Virus record (IMG/VR): IMGVR_UViG_3300030101_003309
Span: 45,898-65,897 of that record
DNA length: 20,000 bases
Source of the DNA: an uncultured virus (IMG/VR IMGVR_UViG_3300030101_003309)
Taxonomy: Duplodnaviria; Heunggongvirae; Uroviricota; Caudoviricetes
Strand: one strand, 5' to 3'
Position numbers and translations under genes: made by a program. How positions within the stretch are numbered: the first letter of the stretch is position 1; each line of letters starts with the position of its first letter. Shown in pieces: positions 1 through 5,912 of the stretch. Below the pieces are notes generated by a model. That model was not told the DNA's origin. It made no database searches and saw nothing but the letters and a program-made list of their open reading frames with translations.

Positions 1-732
1 GCTAGACAGCAAGGCGTTGAGTACATAGATCAACATCATTTTATTAGATACAGTTCTGATGATGATTGTGAAGGGCCTTTATGTGTAGATCATTTTGCTG
101 CTAAAATAGAGTATTTAAAAGATGGATTTGCAGATGTAGAATATTTTGAAGTATCTGAAAGATATAGACACAAACATAATAAAGACTTATCTTTTAGTAT
201 AGGTTTCACACACAGACTTGCAGAACCATACGGATATAATCCGCTGCAAGAATGGATCTTGGATAATGGAAATTTACATTACACTTACTTAGCAATACAA
301 GAAGGATACACAATAGATGTTGTAAATAGTGAGTATAAAGATCCTTCTGGAAACCTAGTTGCTACAAGTCCAGAGGTTTGGAAAGAGGTGGTAATACCAA
401 AAGTATTAGCAGACTACACGCAGAAGAAAAGAAACGAATTAGAAAGAATTATACAACACTCTTTAGTTATTGGTTTTGACTATTATAAATACAGTAAAAA
501 TACATGGCTACACGCATGGGGCAATTTATTGCCTTGGCATTATAATGATAGTAATCAATTTTCTTATCACAATTATATAGAGGATGATCAATGGTATGAC
601 TATACTGCAGGTTTGATATACGGAATAAAAGTAAACAAAAATTTAGGATATTTTGTAGAAGGCAAATACAATAAGTACTGGAATAGAGAATGGTACGACT
701 TTAAATTAGGTGTTAACTATATAATATTTTAA
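1..732 (+). CDS. Outer-membrane beta-barrel protein, 5'-truncated by the window
   Basis: Frame is open from base 1 (ARQQGVEYIDQHHFIRY...), so the TTG at 259 is not the start. Aromatic-rich amphipathic strands (YTAGLIYGIKV, LGYFVEGKY) and C-terminal YDFKLGVNYIIF resemble a BAM beta-signal with terminal Phe. Confidence 0.65.
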   Translation, partial: ARQQGVEYIDQHHFIRYSSDDDCEGPLCVDHFAAKIEYLKDGFADVEYFEVSERYRHKHNKDLSFSIGFTHRLAEPYGYNPLQEWILDNGNLHYTYLAIQEGYTIDVVNSEYKDPSGNLVATSPEVWKEVVIPKVLADYTQKKRNELERIIQHSLVIGFDYYKYSKNTWLHAWGNLLPWHYNDSNQFSYHNYIEDDQWYDYTAGLIYGIKVNKNLGYFVEGKYNKYWNREWYDFKLGVNYIIF

Positions 733-733
733 A

Positions 734-817
734 ATGAAAAAAATAATTTGTAAATTTGTAAAAATAATAACTTTTGGAAAAATTTGTTTGAACGACTGTT
801 ATTGTAACAAAAAATAA
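734..817 (+). CDS. 27-aa Cys-rich basic micropeptide (MKKIICKFVKIITFGKICLNDCYCNKK)
   Basis: Hand-translated; ATG 1 nt after the previous stop and TAA 3 nt before the next ATG, so it fills the gap exactly; 4 Cys. Confidence 0.6.
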   Translation: MKKIICKFVKIITFGKICLNDCYCNKK

Positions 818-820
818 AAA

Positions 821-1102
821 ATGGCTAAAGAGTTAAGCGAAGAAACATCCTTTCAGGTAAGTGTAAAAACACTTGGAGGTATTGCTGCCTTAATTGCAAC
901 ATTAGTTGGTATGTGGTTTACATTACAAGCGGATATTGCTGAAGCAAAAGAATTGCCCGCTCCACCAGATCCAGAGGTTACAAGAATGGAGTTTGATATG
1001 AAAGACCAGATGATACGTCAAACAATCATGGACACAAAAAAAGATGTGGAAGAAATGAAAGAAACTCTTGAGAAAATAGAAGATAAGCTTTACAACAGAT
1101 AA
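821..1102 (+). CDS. Single-TM membrane protein with Pro linker and C-terminal coiled coil
   Basis: TM segment LGGIAALIATLVGMWFTL, linker LPAPPDP, heptad-like DVEEMKETLEKIEDKL; TAATG coupling to the next gene. Confidence 0.75.
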   Translation: MAKELSEETSFQVSVKTLGGIAALIATLVGMWFTLQADIAEAKELPAPPDPEVTRMEFDMKDQMIRQTIMDTKKDVEEMKETLEKIEDKLYNR

Positions 1103-1461
1103 TGAAAAAATCTGATAGTTTTTACCAGTTCGTAATATACTTTTTAATAATGATATTTGTGTTTTTTGCTGGTACTGCTTTTGGACAAATAAAGGTAATA
1201 CAGTTTAATGCTGCTTGGAATAGTGCAAATGATGTTGCTTGGGTTAACAATTTAAAAGAATGTAAAAGCATAGGATACACAGATGTAGCAAAAAATGTAG
1301 AAGCACAAAAAAAACATAAGATTGCAGTCGTGCCTACTATAATAATATTTAAAGATGGAGAAGAAGTGGCAAGATTTCAAGCTGATTTGAGTTTTAAAAT
1401 GGTTGCAACAAAAGAAGAAGTACAAGAAGAAATAGATAATCAAATGATGAGTGATTTTTAA
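1102..1461 (+). CDS. Exported thioredoxin-fold protein lacking the CxxC motif
   Basis: Signal peptide ending TAFG|Q; VIQFNAAWNSAN aligns with Trx VDFWAEWCGPC; KHKIAVVPTIIIFKDGEEVARF matches the cis-Pro strand region of thioredoxins. Confidence 0.75.
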   Translation: MKKSDSFYQFVIYFLIMIFVFFAGTAFGQIKVIQFNAAWNSANDVAWVNNLKECKSIGYTDVAKNVEAQKKHKIAVVPTIIIFKDGEEVARFQADLSFKMVATKEEVQEEIDNQMMSDF

Positions 1462-1462
1462 T

Positions 1463-3673
1463 ATGAAAAATATATTTTTGTCTATACTATTATTACCTTT
1501 ATTTGTTTTTGGACAAAAGGATTTTGTAGTACATATAACTACTGATAGCTATCCGTCAGAAACAAGGTGGGTATTGTTTGCAGACAGTTTTCAAGGACCA
1601 ATTATATCGGAAGTACAATTTGGGCATTATACTTTACAAAATACAACACACACAGATACGGTATTATTAGCGGACAGCATAACGAATATATCTTGGGTTA
1701 TATATGACTCGTATGGCGATGGTATACCAGGAGGTAGTTATTATGTTTCAGTTTGTGAAGATACTATCGTTAGTTACCCTAACCCTACATTTACAACTGG
1801 CTTAATTCATAATAGAGTAGTGCCTCAATGCATGCCTCAACCACCACCTTGCGTTCCTGCTAAAGTTATAATAAATTTAGACCAATATCAAGGCGAAACT
1901 AGTTGGGACATAAAAGACAGTAATGGTGTAGTGTATGCACAATCAGTAACTTATGCGGGTAATCCAGATTACGCGACTATTGTAGTGCCTGTATGTATAC
2001 CAAAAGGTGAGTTAATATTTACTATGTATGACAGCTATGGTGACGGATTGAATGGTTCGTTATGGCAAGGACAAGACGGATCATATTTCGTAAAGCAATG
2101 TAATGATACATTAGTATATGGCACAGATCCTGCTTTTGGGACTGACACGTCACATGTATTTGTTTCTGATTCTTGCCCACCCATATATGGATGTACAGAT
2201 GATGATTATGTAGAATGGAATCCATTTGCAGACGTAGACGATGGTAGTTGTCAAACTTTAAAAATATATGGATGCACCGATTCTACAATGTTTAATTTTG
2301 ATCCGAATGCTAATACTATGGATATGATTGCAGATTGTGAGTTTACCTTAGTGTTGCATGATCTAATGGGTAACGGATGGGTAGGTTCGCATTTAGTTTT
2401 GAATCATCCAGATAGTGTATATCACTTTAATCACACAGGTGGATTTAACGATGAATATCAAATGAATTTATCAGCACCTGCACCAATGGAGTTTATATTT
2501 CATATATCGGCTCAAGCAGCACTAACAACTATAGAGTGTGGTTTTACTTTTATTAATCCTGAAGGAGATACCTTGATAAGTATACAGCCACCTTTTATAC
2601 AGCCTTTATTTCCATATGGACTACTTACAAATTGTGGTAATACCTGCGAAGAAAAAGTTTATGGGTGTTTAGATTCATTGGCAATTAATTATGATGAAGA
2701 AGCAAACACTAGTGACTCTAGTTGTTATTATACGCCAGGTTGTACTAACTCAAGTTATTTAGAATATTATACACAAGGTTTTGTAGCAGACTATGATGAT
2801 GGCAGTTGTATTATTAAAGCTGTATGGGGCTGTATGGATACATCAGCATTCAATTATGATTCTACTGCTAATATAGACAATGGAGGCTGTGTTCCTGTAA
2901 TATACGGATGTATGCAGCCGCTTGCCTATAATTACAACCCAAATGCAAATACCGCAGATACTTGTATAGCATTTTTGTATGGGTGTACTGATCCAACAAT
3001 GTACAATTATAATCCGTTAGCTAATGCTGATGATGGTAGTTGTATACCTTATGTGTTTGGTTGCACAGATTCAACAATGTTTAACTTTAATCCACTAGCA
3101 AATGCTGACAATAATTCTTGCATACCTTATATTTATGGTTGTACTGACCCTAGCATGCTTAATTACAACCCACAAGCAAACACTGAAGATTTTAGTTGTA
3201 TCGCTTATATATATGGTTGTACCGATAGTTCTGCTTTTAACTATGACTCTTTGGCTAATACTGATAATGGTTCGTGTATATCTATTGTTGAAGGATGTAT
3301 GGATCTCAATGCGTACAACTACAATGAAATAGCTAATGTAAACGACACATTGTCTTGTTTATATGCTGCGAATTGTATAACTGGACCAGGAGTACCATAT
3401 TGGTTAAATGATCCGTGCTATGAATGGGTAATATCTGTAGATGAATATTGTTGCCAAAATCAGTGGGATAATATATGTCAATTAACTTATAACTATTGTG
3501 ATGGTTCTTATTATGGTCCAATTCCTAAGCGTGTAGCCAAAAAATTAATTGCAATAACAGATCTGTTGGGTAGACCTGTAAACAATATTAAAAATAAATT
3601 TGTTATCTTTATATACGATAACGGCACAACAGAAAAAAAATTAATAAAAAAATGGCGGTACTTACAACAATAA
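1463..3673 (+). CDS. Secreted Cys/Asp-rich GCxD-repeat protein with T9SS-like C-terminal sorting domain
   Basis: ATG at 1463 gives signal peptide MKNIFLSILLLPLFVFG|Q. Two to three DSYGDG-type modules, 11 GC[TML][DNQ]...C repeats, a CC..WD..C module, and C-terminal KKLIAITDLLGR...FIYDNGTTEKKLIK. Confidence 0.8.
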   Translation: MKNIFLSILLLPLFVFGQKDFVVHITTDSYPSETRWVLFADSFQGPIISEVQFGHYTLQNTTHTDTVLLADSITNISWVIYDSYGDGIPGGSYYVSVCEDTIVSYPNPTFTTGLIHNRVVPQCMPQPPPCVPAKVIINLDQYQGETSWDIKDSNGVVYAQSVTYAGNPDYATIVVPVCIPKGELIFTMYDSYGDGLNGSLWQGQDGSYFVKQCNDTLVYGTDPAFGTDTSHVFVSDSCPPIYGCTDDDYVEWNPFADVDDGSCQTLKIYGCTDSTMFNFDPNANTMDMIADCEFTLVLHDLMGNGWVGSHLVLNHPDSVYHFNHTGGFNDEYQMNLSAPAPMEFIFHISAQAALTTIECGFTFINPEGDTLISIQPPFIQPLFPYGLLTNCGNTCEEKVYGCLDSLAINYDEEANTSDSSCYYTPGCTNSSYLEYYTQGFVADYDDGSCIIKAVWGCMDTSAFNYDSTANIDNGGCVPVIYGCMQPLAYNYNPNANTADTCIAFLYGCTDPTMYNYNPLANADDGSCIPYVFGCTDSTMFNFNPLANADNNSCIPYIYGCTDPSMLNYNPQANTEDFSCIAYIYGCTDSSAFNYDSLANTDNGSCISIVEGCMDLNAYNYNEIANVNDTLSCLYAANCITGPGVPYWLNDPCYEWVISVDEYCCQNQWDNICQLTYNYCDGSYYGPIPKRVAKKLIAITDLLGRPVNNIKNKFVIFIYDNGTTEKKLIKKWRYLQQ
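2183..3358 (+). repeat. 11 degenerate ~24-28 aa repeats, consensus YGCTDxxAxNYxxxANxDDGSC (2 copies, a spacer domain, then 9 tandem copies)
   Basis: Counted directly in the translation; DNA copies are diverged at synonymous sites. Confidence 0.9.
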
Positions 3674-3921
3674 ATGGTATACCTTTGTATACTACAGTAG
3701 CTGAAGCTTTATCGTATGCTGCAGCAAATGGGCTATCAGGGTTTCACACACATAATTATCAAGGACAATTAGGGTATATGGGTGGAGCTACACATAGTCA
3801 AGCAGCTACACCATCTTCAGGTTTTAATCCAAATAATCAAACTAACACACCCCCTGCAACAAGCTCTGCTGGTTTTTCTAGTGGCGGAAGTAGTGGTGGA
3901 GGCGGTGGCGGAGGTTACTAA
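3652..3921 (+). CDS. Small hypothetical protein with Gly/Ser low-complexity tail
   Basis: A-rich leader; GFHTH..G..GYMGG core; ends SSGGSSGGGGGGGY. Confidence 0.7.
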   Translation: MAVLTTINGIPLYTTVAEALSYAAANGLSGFHTHNYQGQLGYMGGATHSQAATPSSGFNPNNQTNTPPATSSAGFSSGGSSGGGGGGGY

Positions 3922-3931
3922 ATAATTTAAT

Positions 3932-4318
3932 ATGTTAAGCAAAATATTTTCAGCAGGTGCAGGAGAACTAATAAAAAATGTAGGTGGAGTTATAGATAAT
4001 CTTCATACATCAGCAGAAGAAAAAGCAGATGCTGAAAGAAAAATAAAAGATATGATAATGGGTTACGAAGCAGAAATGCAAAAACAAGTAACCGAACGTT
4101 GGAAAGTAGACATGGCCTCTGATTCTTGGTTGTCAAAAAATATCAGACCATTAGTGTTAATATTTTTATGCGTATCTACAGTACTTTTAATATTTATTGA
4201 TGCTGGTGTAATATCTTTTGAAGTAAAAGCATCTTGGGTAGATTTGTTACAATTAGTTTTAATAACTGTAATTGGTGCGTATTTTGGAGGTAGATCATTA
4301 GAAAAAGTTAAAAAATGA
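3932..4318 (+). CDS. Holin of the 3TM / GTA-holin type
   Basis: SDSWLSKNIRPL, two C-terminal TM helices and the YFGGRSLEK motif typical of this family. Confidence 0.8.
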   Translation: MLSKIFSAGAGELIKNVGGVIDNLHTSAEEKADAERKIKDMIMGYEAEMQKQVTERWKVDMASDSWLSKNIRPLVLIFLCVSTVLLIFIDAGVISFEVKASWVDLLQLVLITVIGAYFGGRSLEKVKK

Positions 4319-4584
4319 TAGACGACTTAGACGGAGAAGTAAAAGAAATTATACATGAGTCTATGACAAACTCATACATGATTATAACAAATAAACTTAC
4401 TTTTGAAGATTTATTAGATTATAATGGATGCGCATTACCATTTAATCCTCAAAAAAAAATAGACAACAAAGTAATTGACAAAATAATTGATTATTTTTGT
4501 GAGTTGGAGGAATATGAAAAATGTAATGAGCTTAAAAAACTTAAAGATTCTAAAAAATATAAGAAAAATTTCATAAATTTGTAA
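4315..4584 (+). CDS. Hypothetical protein with UVR-like helical hairpin
   Basis: IDYFCELEEYEKCNELKK resembles the EdYExAaxl UVR motif; ATGA overlap with the holin. Confidence 0.6.
   Translation: MIDDLDGEVKEIIHESMTNSYMIITNKLTFEDLLDYNGCALPFNPQKKIDNKVIDKIIDYFCELEEYEKCNELKKLKDSKKYKKNFINL
4574..4581 (+). promoter_or_regulatory. Bacteroidota -7 promoter element TAAATTTG
   Basis: Matches TAnnTTTG 16 nt upstream of ATG 4598, followed by an A-rich leader. Confidence 0.4.
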
Positions 4585-4597
4585 AAAATAAAAAACT

Positions 4598-4987
4598 ATG
4601 CCGCAAAATTATACATTAAACGCAACCATGAGCATGACTGCTAGCTCAGCAACAGGATATTCACAATCACAATCTGGAGCATATACATTAAATATTACTG
4701 GAGTAGATCAAATAGCGACTGGAAGAATTGATGTTGCGCATAACAGTGACGCAACTATAATGGCTGCACCTGGACATGGAAGATTTATTTATGTAAAAAA
4801 TTTAGATGATACAAATTTTGTAAAAATATATGACGGACCGTCTAGTGAGGCTGATTACATTGGTATATTAAAACCAGGAGAGTTTTTAATGACAGTAATT
4901 AGAGGAACAGGTACAACGGTTGCAAAAGCTGATACAGCCACAGTAACAGTAGAGTACGCTGCAGTAGAAATAGATTCAAACGCATAA
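4598..4987 (+). CDS. Putative virion structural protein (paralogue A)
   Basis: Thr/Ser/Ala-rich beta-type sequence; YVKNLD...ILKPGE motif shared with the next ORF. Confidence 0.6.
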   Translation: MPQNYTLNATMSMTASSATGYSQSQSGAYTLNITGVDQIATGRIDVAHNSDATIMAAPGHGRFIYVKNLDDTNFVKIYDGPSSEADYIGILKPGEFLMTVIRGTGTTVAKADTATVTVEYAAVEIDSNA

Positions 4988-4997
4988 AAAATAAAAT

Positions 4998-5426
4998 ATG
5001 GCAACACAATCATTAACAATATCAATAACAGGTTCTGTAACTTTAGTAGACGCTACAGGAACAACAGTATTTACATATACTCCTAATTTTACTACAGATG
5101 CAACTACAGTTGATTCTGCATTAATATCTACAGGAGAAATACTTACTAACGGAACATCAGACACTACTATAAATTTAGCAAGTCACAATAAAGACCGATT
5201 ATATGCATTAATAAAAAATGTAGACACAGACTATCCAGTAGCTGTCAAACCAGACGGTGATGTAATAGCTGATTTAAAACCAGGAGAATGCATGGTAGCC
5301 CCTTTAAATTTAGATGGAGCGGCAAATGATTCAGCAAATTTAGATGTTGCGGCAACAACAGCAGCCCAAAAAGTACAATATTTATTATGTGATGGGGCAG
5401 ACTTAGGTTTGTCGGATGATGACTAA
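4998..5426 (+). CDS. Putative virion structural protein (paralogue B)
   Basis: LIKNVD...DLKPGE motif; Thr-rich. Confidence 0.6.
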   Translation: MATQSLTISITGSVTLVDATGTTVFTYTPNFTTDATTVDSALISTGEILTNGTSDTTINLASHNKDRLYALIKNVDTDYPVAVKPDGDVIADLKPGECMVAPLNLDGAANDSANLDVAATTAAQKVQYLLCDGADLGLSDDD

Positions 5427-5434
5427 AATATAAT

Positions 5435-5911
5435 ATGAAACTTAAAGTATTAAGATTTAGTAGCCAGGAGGATAGTACTTCTGGCTTACTTTTTTTAGAA
5501 GGAGATTTAGGTCTTGAATTTTTGTGTTATACATTAGAAGATGAAAGAAGAGCACTAAAGATAAAAGGAGAAACAAGGGTACCTGCAGGTATATACGAAA
5601 TAAAATTAAGAACAGAAGGTGGTTTTCATGCTAAATACAAAAAAAGATTTGCTCCAATACATAAAGGGATGCTACACGTTATTGACGTGCCGAATTTTAA
5701 ATGGGTACTTATACACACTGGTAATACTGATGAACATACTGCTGGATGCCTTTTGGTTGGCGACTCGCAAGAAAACAATATCATCATCAAGGATGGGTTC
5801 ATTGGAAAATCAACTAATGCGTACAAGAGAATATATCCGAATATTGCTAAAGCGATAGACAGGGGAGATAAGGTTACCATACAATATATAGACTTAGATA
5901 AAAATATCTAA
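5435..5911 (+). CDS. DUF5675-like protein, candidate peptidoglycan hydrolase (His/Cys, YkuD-like motif)
   Basis: MKLKVLR..STSG, CYTLEDE, TRVPAGIY and LIHTGNTDEHTAGCLLVG are hallmark motifs of this Bacteroidota phage family. Confidence 0.75.
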   Translation: MKLKVLRFSSQEDSTSGLLFLEGDLGLEFLCYTLEDERRALKIKGETRVPAGIYEIKLRTEGGFHAKYKKRFAPIHKGMLHVIDVPNFKWVLIHTGNTDEHTAGCLLVGDSQENNIIIKDGFIGKSTNAYKRIYPNIAKAIDRGDKVTIQYIDLDKNI

Positions 5912-5912
5912 A

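Noticed and set aside
821..1461. Canonical i-spanin/o-spanin pair
   Set aside because: The first gene has i-spanin-like topology, but the second has no lipobox Cys and shows a thioredoxin fold; a non-canonical role is not excluded.
2183..3358. CRISPR-like periodic repeats
   Set aside because: Periodicity is at the protein level with synonymous divergence; there are no identical DNA repeats with unique spacers.
1252..5880. Opposite-strand or alternate-frame ORFs in the + arm (1252-1443, 2022-2225, 3102-3332, 3333-3521, 4976-5164, 5619-5858, 5626-5880)
   Set aside because: Nested in or antisense to well-supported genes; composition is typical of shadow frames.
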